A stretch of DNA of 64,000 bases from an uncultured delta proteobacterium (GCA_963842085.1 CAWJET010000001.1:1376001-1440000); one strand, 5' to 3'. Positions 1 to 9,554 are shown, counted from the first letter of the stretch. Made by a program: numbers and translations. Notes: generated by a model not told the origin, from the letters alone.

Positions 1-55
1 AAAAATCCAGCGATTATCTGACTTTTTCGGCGAACGCCCGACCGGCGCAAACCAA

Positions 56-71
56 TTGGTATGACGCCTGC
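56..71 (+). promoter_or_regulatory. Candidate sigma54 (-24/-12) promoter upstream of the kinase/NtrC-type operon
   Basis: TTGGTATGACGCCTGC has exact GG-N10-GC spacing and lies upstream of an operon encoding a sigma54 activator; the -12 element is imperfect (CTGC). Confidence 0.35.
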
Positions 72-229
72 CCGATTTGCGCCCCGCGAGATTGCGGTGG
101 GAACGGTTCGCGCGGTGCAAAATCAGGCAGTATGCCGCCTAATACGCCTGCTAGATTGGTTATTTTGCGAATGTTATACGTGAATTGAAATGTCAACGCG
201 CTGAAATCCTGCCACCGGGTTGTATCGCA

Positions 230-1978
230 ATGAAACTATCGCTCGCCTGTGGATGCTGCAGACCATCAAAGTCCAAACAACACCGTGAACCGAACGACGC
301 CCGAATTGAAGCCACCCCCGAAGAATTACAAGCGATAAGAAACCAGCAAGCCGAGATCGAGCAATCGCTCTCGCGCCTGTGGGGTCCGACAATCTGGAGC
401 CGCACGCCCGAGTGCATCCGGATTCGCGCCGAGGCCGCTGACCTGCTCGACCGCCACTTCGACGGCATCGTCGATCAGTGGGGCGAAGCGATAGCTGCGA
501 TTAAGCACGGCCACTCTCCGCGTCCGGACCCTGGCACTGGGCGCGATACCAAAGAACGGAGAGACGACATGGTCAATTCTCTCATTCGCTTCATTGATCA
601 TGTGCGCGACCCCGACGACATTTGCACCTACGTCTATCTGCGCCGGCATTGCCAGGAGGGGATGCTCGCGCGGCTGATGCCATCTCAGTTCAACGTCATC
701 CACATCGCGCTCAAGCAAATCATTCTGAATCATGTCAAATCCACGATGACCGGCCCGGCGATGGAGCGGGTGCGCGATCTGATGGTCGCGGCAATCGACG
801 AGCGGCGCCTGATGGTCTCGCAGTTTTACATCGAGTCGCGCGAACGGCTGCTGCGTGAATCCGAAGAAAAATATCGCAACACCATCGACCACGCGCCTGA
901 TCCGATGTATGAGCTCGAGCCGCACACCTGGATTGTGACGGGGTTGAATGCGGCCGCACTGCGGCTCCATCAATTGGAAGCCGAGCACGGGTTTGACCAC
1001 GCCAAGATGGAGATTATCGGAAAGGCGGTGCCGGAGTTGGTGCCGCCGGAACTGAGACAGAGCGTGATCGACAGTCTGGAGACGGTTTTGCGGCATGGCT
1101 CGGCGCAGACCTCGGAATTCCCGATCGGACCGTTTTTCTTCGACGTGAATTCCGCGCTCATCACCTACGGCAAGAAGCAATTCATCCAGATGATCCTGCG
1201 CGACGTTACGCAGCGGCGCGAGATGCTGGACTCGCTGATCAAGGCCGAGCGATTGGCGGCGGCCGGCACCTTTGCGGCGGGCGTGGCGCACGAGGTGAAC
1301 AACCCGCTCGCGTCGATCTCATCGCTGGTTCAATCGATCCTGAGCGGCGAGAAGGATCCCGAGCGGCGCACCACGATGCACACCATCCTGTCCCAGATCA
1401 CGCGCATCTCGAGCACGCTCAAGGACCTGGTGAATTTCGCGCGGCCGACCACCGCGCAACGCAAGCCGGTCGACGTCAACGGGCTGATCGCCGAGACGCT
1501 GCGGCTTATCACCTACAACAAGCGCTTCAGCGGCATCCGGGTGGAACCGATTCTTGCGCCCGATCTCCGCCGCGCGTTCGCCGACGACAACGAAATCCAG
1601 CAGGTGCTGCTCAACCTGCTCTTCAACGCCGCCGACGCCTCGCCCGCCGAGGGCGCCGTGATCAAGGTGATCACCGAGAACCAGCGCGCCGGACGGGGCG
1701 AGGACAAATCGCGGCGGGTGGTCATCAAGGTGGTGGACAACGGCATCGGAATCCCGCGCGAGCATCTGGAACGCGTGTTCGATCCATTCTTTACGACGAA
1801 ACCCGCAGGCGCCGGCGTCGGACTCGGACTGTCGCTATGCCAGCGCATGATCCTGTCCAACCAGGGCACCATCCGCGTCGACAGCGAGGTCGGCCGCGGC
1901 ACGTCAGTAACGATCACGCTCGGGGCCTCTGAGGAAACCGCGCGCGCGCAGCAGGCCGCGGAGATGGCCGCATCCTGA
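230..1978 (+). CDS. Cytoplasmic sensor histidine kinase (N-terminal globin-like/RsbRD_N-like helical domain, PAS, HisKA, HATPase_c)
   Basis: H-box AHEVNNPL, N-box NLLFNAADA, DNGIGI, FDPFFTTK, GVGLGL; PAS-like segment after EEKYRNTIDHAPD; no TM helices; ATG at 230 (ORF extends to 185). Confidence 0.9.
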   Translation: MKLSLACGCCRPSKSKQHREPNDARIEATPEELQAIRNQQAEIEQSLSRLWGPTIWSRTPECIRIRAEAADLLDRHFDGIVDQWGEAIAAIKHGHSPRPDPGTGRDTKERRDDMVNSLIRFIDHVRDPDDICTYVYLRRHCQEGMLARLMPSQFNVIHIALKQIILNHVKSTMTGPAMERVRDLMVAAIDERRLMVSQFYIESRERLLRESEEKYRNTIDHAPDPMYELEPHTWIVTGLNAAALRLHQLEAEHGFDHAKMEIIGKAVPELVPPELRQSVIDSLETVLRHGSAQTSEFPIGPFFFDVNSALITYGKKQFIQMILRDVTQRREMLDSLIKAERLAAAGTFAAGVAHEVNNPLASISSLVQSILSGEKDPERRTTMHTILSQITRISSTLKDLVNFARPTTAQRKPVDVNGLIAETLRLITYNKRFSGIRVEPILAPDLRRAFADDNEIQQVLLNLLFNAADASPAEGAVIKVITENQRAGRGEDKSRRVVIKVVDNGIGIPREHLERVFDPFFTTKPAGAGVGLGLSLCQRMILSNQGTIRVDSEVGRGTSVTITLGASEETARAQQAAEMAAS

Positions 1979-1989
1979 AGATCGAATCG

Positions 1990-3414
1990 ATGAACAACGA
2001 CGCCTCATGGACCGCACAGGAACGTGGACCCTACCGGCTGCTGATCGTCGAAGATGAACCCTTGATGCGCTCGATCATCGTGCAGCTCGCGCGCAGCGAG
2101 GGCTACGAGGTCATGGAGGCGCCGGCCGCCGAAGTGGCGCTGCACGTCTTCGAAAAAGAAAAAATCGATCTCGCGATCCTCGACCTCAACCTGACCAGCG
2201 GCGGCAGCGGACTCGACTTGCTGCGCAAGATGCGGGAACTCGATCCCGAGGTGATGGGCATAATCGTCACCGCCTACGCCAGCGTCGAGTCGGCGGTCGA
2301 AGCGCTGCACCAGGGCGCCTACGATTACATCACCAAGCCGTTCGCCAACGATCACCTCAAAAAGGTGATGCGCAACGCGCTCGAGGGCAAGGCGCTGTTC
2401 AGGGAAAACCGTTTTCTGCGCCAGGAACTGCGCGAGAAGTACCGCTTCGAGAGCATCATCGGCAAAAGCGACGCAATCGAGAGCGTGTTCCGCGTAATGG
2501 AAAAAGTCGCGCGCACCGATTCGAGCGTGTTGATCAGCGGCGAGTCCGGCACCGGCAAGGAGTTGGTCGCGCGCGCGATTCATTTCAGTTCCGATCGCGC
2601 CAACAACCGCTTCCTGCCGATCAACTGCGGCGCGCTGCCCGAGAACCTGCTCGAGAGCGAACTGTTCGGCTACAAGCGGGGCGCGTTCACGGGCGCCGGA
2701 CAGGACAAGGTGGGCCTGCTCAAGGCCGCCGATAAGGGCACTATCCTGCTCGACGAGATCGGCGAGTTGCCGCTCGCGCTGCAAGTAAAATTGTTGCGCG
2801 CGCTGCAAGAGCGCGAGGCCTATCCGCTCGGCGCCAACGATCCGGTGGCATTCGACGTCCGCGTGCTGTGCGCCACCAATCGCAACCTCGAAGCCGAGGT
2901 CAAGGCCGGCCGCTTCCGCGAGGAACTGCTGTATCGAATCAATGTCATCAACATCAATCTGCCGGCCTTGCGCGAACGCCAGGACGACATTCCGCTGCTC
3001 GCCAACCATTTCCTGCGCAAGTACGAGAAGTCGCTGTCGCGCACCGCGATGCGCTTTTCAAAGGGCGCGATGCGCCTGATGCTCAACTACGCGTGGCCGG
3101 GGAATGTCCGCGAACTGGAGAACACCGTCGAGCGCGCCGCGATCCTCGCCGAGACCGACGTCATCCACTCGCACGACCTGCCGGACAAGCTGCGCAGCAC
3201 GTCACCTGTGATCGCGAGTATCGAGAACACGGGGCTGACGCTCGAGGAGCTCGAGCGCGAGCATATCAAGCGCGTGCTGGACAAGGTCGAAAACGACAAG
3301 GTCAAGGCGGCGCAGGTGCTCGGGATTCACCTGTCGACGCTCTATCGCAAGGTCCAGCGCTACCACCTGGACGACGGCGCGCCCGTGCATCAGGAGCCGG
3401 CGCACTCGGCGTGA
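1990..3414 (+). CDS. Sigma54-dependent response regulator (NtrC/AtoC family)
   Basis: Receiver domain (LIVEDE, ILDL), GESGTGKE, ESELFG, GAFTGA, WPGNVRELEN, C-terminal Fis-type HTH. Confidence 0.95.
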   Translation: MNNDASWTAQERGPYRLLIVEDEPLMRSIIVQLARSEGYEVMEAPAAEVALHVFEKEKIDLAILDLNLTSGGSGLDLLRKMRELDPEVMGIIVTAYASVESAVEALHQGAYDYITKPFANDHLKKVMRNALEGKALFRENRFLRQELREKYRFESIIGKSDAIESVFRVMEKVARTDSSVLISGESGTGKELVARAIHFSSDRANNRFLPINCGALPENLLESELFGYKRGAFTGAGQDKVGLLKAADKGTILLDEIGELPLALQVKLLRALQEREAYPLGANDPVAFDVRVLCATNRNLEAEVKAGRFREELLYRINVININLPALRERQDDIPLLANHFLRKYEKSLSRTAMRFSKGAMRLMLNYAWPGNVRELENTVERAAILAETDVIHSHDLPDKLRSTSPVIASIENTGLTLEELEREHIKRVLDKVENDKVKAAQVLGIHLSTLYRKVQRYHLDDGAPVHQEPAHSA

Positions 3415-3501
3415 GCGTCGGGAATAGACGTGGCAATCCGGTAGTCAAGGATATAGACTTTTCAGTGGGCTGACCGGACGGCAGGCGGCCCGGAGAAAAA
3501 T

Positions 3502-3717
3502 ATGGATCTGTTTGCGCCAACTCACCTGTTGATCATTCTGCTGATCATCCTGGTCATCTTCGGGCCCAGCAAGCTCGGCGATGTCGGCGGCGCGATGGGC
3601 AAGGCGATTCGCGATTTCAAACGCGCGATGAACGAGCCCGACGACGTGGCCAAGACGGTAGCCAAGCCGGACGAGGCGAAGGCCGCCGAGACCGCCAAGC
3701 CCGACAAAGCTTCCTGA
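3502..3717 (+). CDS. tatA: Twin-arginine translocase TatA/TatE subunit
   Basis: N-terminal TM helix followed by IFGPSKL...GKAIRDFKRAM amphipathic helix. Confidence 0.92.
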   Translation: MDLFAPTHLLIILLIILVIFGPSKLGDVGGAMGKAIRDFKRAMNEPDDVAKTVAKPDEAKAAETAKPDKAS

Positions 3718-3768
3718 CCGGTTCGCACGATCCGTTAACTTCGACGACAATTCCGCATAGCTCCGGGA

Positions 3769-4437
3769 ATGCGGGCACTTCTCAACAGAATCGCGACTGC
3801 GCTCGGCTCCCTCGGTCCTCCAAGCAAGCTCCTGCTGTTATACGGCTCAGCTCTCGGTACAGTTTATTTCCTGCCAGCGGTGCGCGTAGTGCACGTATTC
3901 GCGCTGATTTCCGGCGTACTTGCACTGATCGCGGGCCTCCTGTGTGGACTGACGTTCTGGCATCGAGCACGCATTGAGATCGGACGCCACAAACTCAAGT
4001 ACCGCAATCTGCGCAGGATAACCGGACTGGCGGCAGCGGGCGGAACCTTACTCTTCGCGGCGAGCTATTTACCGGCGCGAGTAACGGTCATCTCGCACTC
4101 GGCGCCGCCGTTAAAAGAAGCTGGGTGGTGGATCATGTTTCCGCCGCTGGTGACCCGTTCCGGAGTGATTTACATGGAACCAAATGTCGGCGCACCGTTG
4201 ACTGAGTGGCGGCCCATGGATCTGGGGAAAGCCTCGACCTTCGACTCAGAGAGCGCCTGCCAAAATGCCCGCTCGGAGATGGAATCGAAAGCAGAGGGTT
4301 TGCTCGTCGGCGCACCGGCCGATCTCGCGAAGAGGCCTCTGGAGAAAACCGAAACGGCGGGCAAATGGGTTTTTGCACTGGAGGTCAGTCAGTCGCGATG
4401 TATCGCGACCGACGATCCCCAGTTAAGCAGTAAGTAG
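3769..4437 (+). CDS. Hypothetical membrane protein (about 3 TM plus a periplasmic C-terminal domain with two Cys)
   Basis: 222-aa ORF with hydrophobic segments; C-terminal FDSESAC...SRCIATDDP. Confidence 0.6.
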   Translation: MRALLNRIATALGSLGPPSKLLLLYGSALGTVYFLPAVRVVHVFALISGVLALIAGLLCGLTFWHRARIEIGRHKLKYRNLRRITGLAAAGGTLLFAASYLPARVTVISHSAPPLKEAGWWIMFPPLVTRSGVIYMEPNVGAPLTEWRPMDLGKASTFDSESACQNARSEMESKAEGLLVGAPADLAKRPLEKTETAGKWVFALEVSQSRCIATDDPQLSSK

Positions 4438-4462
4438 GCTCGAAGATGAGCACAACGTGCCC

Positions 4463-5008
4463 ATGAAACGATACATCATCACCGCTACTCCGGGATGCGG
4501 AAAGACCTCGATCATTCGGTCGCTGGAACTCGCGGGTTACCTGGTTGTCGAAGAAGCTGCGACCGACATTATCGCTTTGCGACAGGCGCAAGGGATTGCT
4601 GAACCATGGACGCATGCTTCCTTTATCGACGACATTACGAATCTGCAAAAGCGGCGAGAGATGCGGGCGGCGGACCGATCGGCTCGAGTGCAATTCTATG
4701 ACCGGTCGCCGCTATGCACCTATGCGCTCAGCGTCTGGCTTCGCTATCCGATCTCAATAACTCTCGCCGATGAAGTTGACCGCATTAGAGAAGAGCAGAT
4801 TTATCAGAAGCAGGTGTTCTTCATCGAGAACCTGGGATTCTGCGAACCTACACAGGCGAGAAGGATCAGTTTCGAGGAGTCTTTAGCATTTGAAAAAGTT
4901 CACGAAAAGACCTACCGCTCCTTCGGCTACGAATGTGTAAGAGTCGCGCCTTTAGAAGTATCGGCCCGAGTCGAGCAAATTAAGCGCTATGTCTTAGCTG
5001 CCAGCTAG
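4463..5008 (+). CDS. P-loop NTPase, AAA_28/NadR-kinase-like
   Basis: RYIITATPGCGKTSII Walker A, EAATDII, FYDRSP, RRISFEE. Confidence 0.85.
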   Translation: MKRYIITATPGCGKTSIIRSLELAGYLVVEEAATDIIALRQAQGIAEPWTHASFIDDITNLQKRREMRAADRSARVQFYDRSPLCTYALSVWLRYPISITLADEVDRIREEQIYQKQVFFIENLGFCEPTQARRISFEESLAFEKVHEKTYRSFGYECVRVAPLEVSARVEQIKRYVLAAS

Positions 5009-5629
5009 CTACGCGGCCGGCGCGCTTGCTGCGGGAATCTGAAAGCCGGATCGCGCCAGGTAGCGGGCGGGAAACCTCTTGTTGAAGGCAAACCCGCAAA
5101 TCAACAATGCCATCGGCAGTGCAAGTCCGAGGGCCACCTGGCCGAAGACTCCGCCGATGATGACGCCGATCACCGCCATGCCGATGTTGACCGTCATTAG
5201 TCCGCACCAGACCAGAGTCATCACGAGGTTGAGCCGTAGGAAGACCGGATGCTCCCAGAACTCGGGCGGCGCGTTTTCGCGGGCGTAGGCTGCGGTGAAC
5301 GGACGGCCCACCACGACCGAGCTCCACGCGGCAACCGCGAAGCATGACCAGATGACGACCGCGCTGTAGGCGGGGATCATGGTCGAGCGCATGGCTATCG
5401 TCAGGACCGACGCGATTACGAAGAAGGTCAATGTCGTCCAATCCATCAGCCTGATCGGGCTTTCGCGGCGGATCGAGACCGCCAGATATGCAATGCAGAG
5501 GATCAACCCGCCGCCGGTCGCCACGCGCCAGTGACTGAAGCCGGAAGCGAAGCCGTAGAGGATCCAGGGCGCGAACGCGATCAGGCCGATTGCCACGCCC
5601 AAGAGTCTTTTCTGTTCGGCCACGCGCAC
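5009..5629 (-). CDS. Hypothetical integral membrane protein
   Basis: About six hydrophobic helices; GRPFTAAYARE...P.F.R.N...T.VW motif. Confidence 0.75.
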   Translation of the reverse strand: MRVAEQKRLLGVAIGLIAFAPWILYGFASGFSHWRVATGGGLILCIAYLAVSIRRESPIRLMDWTTLTFFVIASVLTIAMRSTMIPAYSAVVIWSCFAVAAWSSVVVGRPFTAAYARENAPPEFWEHPVFLRLNLVMTLVWCGLMTVNIGMAVIGVIIGGVFGQVALGLALPMALLICGFAFNKRFPARYLARSGFQIPAASAPAA

Positions 5630-5708
5630 TCCTTTTGGTTGCAGTATGAGTACGCGAGAGGGCCAATAGCAACCGACTTTGGCTAACCGCGCTTGGGATG
5701 GATTTTCG

Positions 5709-5768
5709 CTAGGTACTCTTTTCCCCTCAGCTAGGTACTTTTCCCGAGCGATCTAGGTGATTTTCCGA
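5709..5768. promoter_or_regulatory. Three direct repeats CTAGGT(N2-4)TTTTCC at exact 22-bp period
   Basis: CTAGG starts at 5709, 5731 and 5753 in the divergent intergenic region. Confidence 0.6.
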
Positions 5769-5799
5769 TTCACCTTCCCGCTCCTTTGCTGCAACGTGG

Positions 5800-6708
5800 A
5801 TGGCAATTGGCACGCATAGCTCGCACCGAAAATTTACGGCGCAGCGAAGCCAGCCAAGGATCGGAAACAGGCGATTGTCGAATTTGGCAAATAATGGTCA
5901 CGCGCCCGCAGCCGCCGTCGAGTCGGCCGCCAGCGAGGGAATCCGCTCGAGCATACAGGCGGACCAATGGGAGCAGGGAGTGCACATGGAGGCGCTGGCC
6001 AATCTTGCGCACGAACTTCGCTCGCCGGTGCAGGTGATCCTCGGCTATCTCGACATCCTGCGCGACGAGTTGAGCGAAGGACTGTGCGGCCGCCACAAGC
6101 AGATACTCGAACGCCTTAATGCCAACGCGCATGACCTGGCGCAGACGGTTGAAAACGTGATGGACTTTTCGGTCGCAGACGCGATGGCGGAGGCGGCCGA
6201 CGAAGAGGAAATCCGCCCGCAGGATCTGATTGAAGACCTGGCTCCGGCGCTCGAAGCGGCCAACGGTTCCAAGGGGCTCGAAAACAGATTCGATCTCGAA
6301 GCCGCGCCTCCTGTTTTTCGCGCGCGGCGCCGGCCGATCAAAGCGATCCTGCTCAACCTGGCGGTCAACGCCATCAAGTTCACCGACCGAGGCTGCGTCA
6401 CCATCGCGATCCGCTGTGCCGCATCATGCAAACACGCACCCGCGGTTGAACTCGAAGTCCGTGACACGGGACCCGGTATCGAGGCCGCGATGGTCGGGCA
6501 GGCTTTCAAGCGCTGCGCACAGCTTTCGCACTCGAGTATCCGCAGTCACCGCGGAATGGGCCTGGGCCTGGCTGTCGTTCAACGCAACGTGGAAGCGCTC
6601 GGCGGGAAGATTATCGTCAAGAGCGCTCTCCAGCAGGGCTCCGCCTTCCGCGTCATAGTTCCGATCGCAGAGCCGATTGCCGACGCTCCTCGCCCGATCC
6701 ACGCCTGA
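5800..6708 (+). CDS. Histidine kinase without a recognisable sensor domain (HisKA + HATPase_c)
   Basis: AHELRSP, NLAVNAIKFT, DTGPGI, GMGLGL; alternative start ATG at 5986 preceded by GGGAG. Confidence 0.85.
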   Translation: MAIGTHSSHRKFTAQRSQPRIGNRRLSNLANNGHAPAAAVESAASEGIRSSIQADQWEQGVHMEALANLAHELRSPVQVILGYLDILRDELSEGLCGRHKQILERLNANAHDLAQTVENVMDFSVADAMAEAADEEEIRPQDLIEDLAPALEAANGSKGLENRFDLEAAPPVFRARRRPIKAILLNLAVNAIKFTDRGCVTIAIRCAASCKHAPAVELEVRDTGPGIEAAMVGQAFKRCAQLSHSSIRSHRGMGLGLAVVQRNVEALGGKIIVKSALQQGSAFRVIVPIAEPIADAPRPIHA

Positions 6709-6757
6709 GCGATTCAGCCCAAATAATGCGGGCGCCGGCCGGAACCGAGATCCGTGC

Positions 6758-7366
6758 TCAGCGGTAGTGACGCATCAGGCCGACTACGACGCCCCGAATC
6801 GCCAGGTCGCCGTCGCCCACCATAATCGGCTGCATTGCGGAATTGGCCGGCTGCAGCCGGATCTGCCCGCCCGATTCACGGTAAAACTTCTTGACGGTCG
6901 CCTCGTTGCCGATCAGTGCGACCACGGTCTCGCCGTTGTCGGCACTGTCGCGGCCCTCGACGATTATGTAATCGCCGTCGCGGATGCCGTCTTCGATCAT
7001 CGAGTCGCCCTTCACCCGCAGGCAAAATGTATTGTCGCGCCGGATGAAGTCGTCGGGCACGCTGATGGTTTCGTTGTTCTCGACCGCCTCGATCGGCGCG
7101 CCTGCCGCGACGGTGCCGAGCAATCGGATCGCCTTGGCCGCCTCATGCTTCTCCGACGCCGCGACTTCCAGCGCCCGGCTGTGATTGTGCTGGCGCTTGA
7201 TGAAACCTTTCTGCTCGAGATTGTGCAGATGCTTGTGCACGGTCGCGAGCGACGACAGCCCGAAGTATTGCCCGACTTCGGCCAGCGTGGGTGCGTAGCC
7301 GTGTTCGCTGATATAGTCGTTCAGGTAGTCGATTAGCTGCTTTTGCCGCTTGGTCAGCGTCGCCAT
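6758..7366 (-). CDS. lexA: SOS repressor LexA
   Basis: LTKRQ...GYAPTLAEV wHTH, VAAG cleavage site, GDSMIEDGIRDGD (Ser), ATVKKF (Lys). Confidence 0.97.
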   Translation of the reverse strand: MATLTKRQKQLIDYLNDYISEHGYAPTLAEVGQYFGLSSLATVHKHLHNLEQKGFIKRQHNHSRALEVAASEKHEAAKAIRLLGTVAAGAPIEAVENNETISVPDDFIRRDNTFCLRVKGDSMIEDGIRDGDYIIVEGRDSADNGETVVALIGNEATVKKFYRESGGQIRLQPANSAMQPIMVGDGDLAIRGVVVGLMRHYR

Positions 7367-7405
7367 TGCGCTTCTCCCCTGCTCTTCCAGACGCTTTCAA
7401 ATGAT

Positions 7406-7423
7406 GGCGAAAATCCGGCGAAG
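7406..7423. promoter_or_regulatory. Candidate LexA operator, direct repeat GGCGAA-N5-GGCGAA
   Basis: 11-bp-period direct repeat about 40 bp upstream of the lexA start; reads CTTC-N7-TTTC on the minus strand. Confidence 0.5.
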
Positions 7424-7506
7424 ATGCAAGCGCAGGCAACTCGATGACTCGGGGGCGGTTTCGCCGCCTCGACGCAGCGCATAATCTCAACTACGACCCC
7501 AATCCG

Positions 7507-7881
7507 ATGGCGAAGCTGCGCATCCAATTCGAAAACGGCGACCCCGAAAAGGTAATCGAGTTCGACCCCGCCAAGGCGCCGTTTCATCACGACGGCAAGC
7601 CCGGCTCGATCCTCGACGTGATGCTGGGGCACGGAGTCCATCTCGAGCACGCCTGCGGCGGCAATTGCGCGTGCACGACCTGCCACGTGATCGTCAAGCA
7701 GGGATTCAACAAGCTTGGCGAGGCGAGCGAGCAGGAGGAGGACCTGCTCGACAAGGCGCCGGGGCTCACGCCGACGTCGCGGCTCGGATGCCAGGCTGTG
7801 ATCGAGGATGCCGACGCGGAAATCGCCGTGGTAGTCCCGCGCTACACGATTAACCAGGTCAGCGAGGCGGCTGAGGAATGA
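7507..7881 (+). CDS. fdx: 2Fe-2S ferredoxin (ISC/adrenodoxin type)
   Basis: HLEHACGGNCACTTCHV and SRLGCQ motifs. Confidence 0.92.
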   Translation: MAKLRIQFENGDPEKVIEFDPAKAPFHHDGKPGSILDVMLGHGVHLEHACGGNCACTTCHVIVKQGFNKLGEASEQEEDLLDKAPGLTPTSRLGCQAVIEDADAEIAVVVPRYTINQVSEAAEE

Positions 7882-8612
7882 CGGCCGATCCACCTCCCGC
7901 GGCTGGAGCCAGGCGCGCGACGCTGAATGCGCGCGTCGAGAGGATTTTCGATCACGCGTCGGACACGCGCTCGCTTTTTCTCTCGCTCACGAGCGGCAAG
8001 CATCTGCGATTTATGCCCGGCCAGTTCATCTCGATCACGATTCCGCTCGGCGACGAAACCCGCTCGCGTCCCTACTCGATCGCGTCGGACCCTGAAGACC
8101 GCGGCCCGTTCGAGATTTGCTTCAATCGCGTCGAGGGCGGGCGCGGGGTTGCGTGGATGTTCGAGCGGCGGGTCGGCGATACGCTCGATTTCAGCGGGCC
8201 GTTCGGCGCCTTCACGATCGAGCGCGCGCTGGAGGCGGAAGCGGGCTTTATCGCGCAGGGCACGGCGATCGCGCCGATTCGGCCGATGCTGAAGCGGGCG
8301 CTCGCCTCGTCGTCGCCGCCGAAGATCCATTTGATCTACGCGGCGCCGGATCGCGCGCACATCCTGTACGCCTCGGAACTCGAGGAACTCGCCAGGAGTG
8401 CACCGAATTTTTCGCACGAGATCGTGATCGCGCCCGGCGAAAAACTTTACGATCGTCTGTTCGAGCTGGCGCAGGCGCGATGGGTCGGCGGCGACGCCGA
8501 TCGCACGCGCCACTTCTATATCTGCGGCGTCGGCAAGGGCGTGATTCGATTGCGCGACCTGCTGCGCGGGGCAGGCTACGAACGCCGTGCCGTACACTAC
8601 GAGCAGTGGTGA
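7878..8612 (+). CDS. FAD/NAD(P)-binding oxidoreductase, ferredoxin-NADP reductase family
   Basis: FMPGQF, RPYSIAS, GPFGAF, AQGTAIAP, FYICG, C-terminal EQW; ATGA overlap with fdx. Confidence 0.88.
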   Translation: MTADPPPAAGARRATLNARVERIFDHASDTRSLFLSLTSGKHLRFMPGQFISITIPLGDETRSRPYSIASDPEDRGPFEICFNRVEGGRGVAWMFERRVGDTLDFSGPFGAFTIERALEAEAGFIAQGTAIAPIRPMLKRALASSSPPKIHLIYAAPDRAHILYASELEELARSAPNFSHEIVIAPGEKLYDRLFELAQARWVGGDADRTRHFYICGVGKGVIRLRDLLRGAGYERRAVHYEQW

Positions 8613-8615
8613 CGC

Positions 8616-9554
8616 TCACCGCTGCTGCGCGAACGCTTTCCTAAGCGCCTCAGCGGACTCCTCGAGCGCGAGCTTGCCCTTGTCGAGCACCTCGTACATC
8701 GAAAAGAATCCGTGGATCATGCCCTCGTAACGCGTAACGGTCGCGGGAACACCGGCGGCGCGCAGCTTCTCGCCGTAGGCCTCGCCCTCGTCGCGCAACG
8801 GATCGAATTCCGCCGTGATGATCAGCGCGGGCGGCAGTCCCTTGAGGCTCCTGGCCAGCGCGGGCGCGACGCGCGGATCTTTGCGGTCGGCCGCGCTGCG
8901 CAGGTAATGCTTCCAGAAATAAATCACGTCGTCCTTGGTCAGAAAATAGTCGGTGAAAGTTTTGTGCGAGTAAGTGTCGAGCTCGGCCTCGGTCGCGGGG
9001 TAGATGAGGAGCTGGAACGCGATTTTCGGGCCGCCCGCGTCGCGCGCGAGCTGTGAGACCACGGCGGACAGGTTTCCGCCCGCGCTGTCACCGCCGACGG
9101 CTAGCCGGTTCGCATCGGCGTTCAGCTCCCTGGCATGCGCGGCGACCCACTTGGTCGCGGCAAAGCAATCTTCGACGCCGGCGGGAAACTTATTTTCGGG
9201 CGCGAGCCGGTAATCGACCGACACCGTCACGCATCCGGCCTTGTTGGTGAGCGCGCGGCATGGCCCGTCGTGCGTATCGAGGCCGCAAATCACCCATCCG
9301 CCACCGTGGAAGAATACCAGCACCGGAAATGGACCCGCGCCTTCCGGAGTATAAACTCGAATCGGAATCTCGCCGGCCGGACCGGGGATTTTGCGATCCT
9401 CTACCTTGGCGACTTTTTCCGCTCGCTCTGGCGGCACTCGGAACATGCCGGCGGTCAGGCGGCGTGCGTCCGCCGGCTCGAGCGAATGCAGTTTGGGGCC
9501 AGGCGCGGCGGCGAGTTGATCCATCAAGGCCTTGGCTTGCGGGTCGAGCGGCAT
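8616..9554 (-). CDS. Esterase/lipase, HSL family alpha/beta hydrolase
   Basis: HGGG, GDSAGGNL, DPLRDE, HGF. Confidence 0.93.
   Translation of the reverse strand: MPLDPQAKALMDQLAAAPGPKLHSLEPADARRLTAGMFRVPPERAEKVAKVEDRKIPGPAGEIPIRVYTPEGAGPFPVLVFFHGGGWVICGLDTHDGPCRALTNKAGCVTVSVDYRLAPENKFPAGVEDCFAATKWVAAHARELNADANRLAVGGDSAGGNLSAVVSQLARDAGGPKIAFQLLIYPATEAELDTYSHKTFTDYFLTKDDVIYFWKHYLRSAADRKDPRVAPALARSLKGLPPALIITAEFDPLRDEGEAYGEKLRAAGVPATVTRYEGMIHGFFSMYEVLDKGKLALEESAEALRKAFAQQR

Noticed and set aside
5807-5825. Sigma54 promoter at TTGGCACG
   Set aside because: No GC at the required 10-nt spacing after the GG
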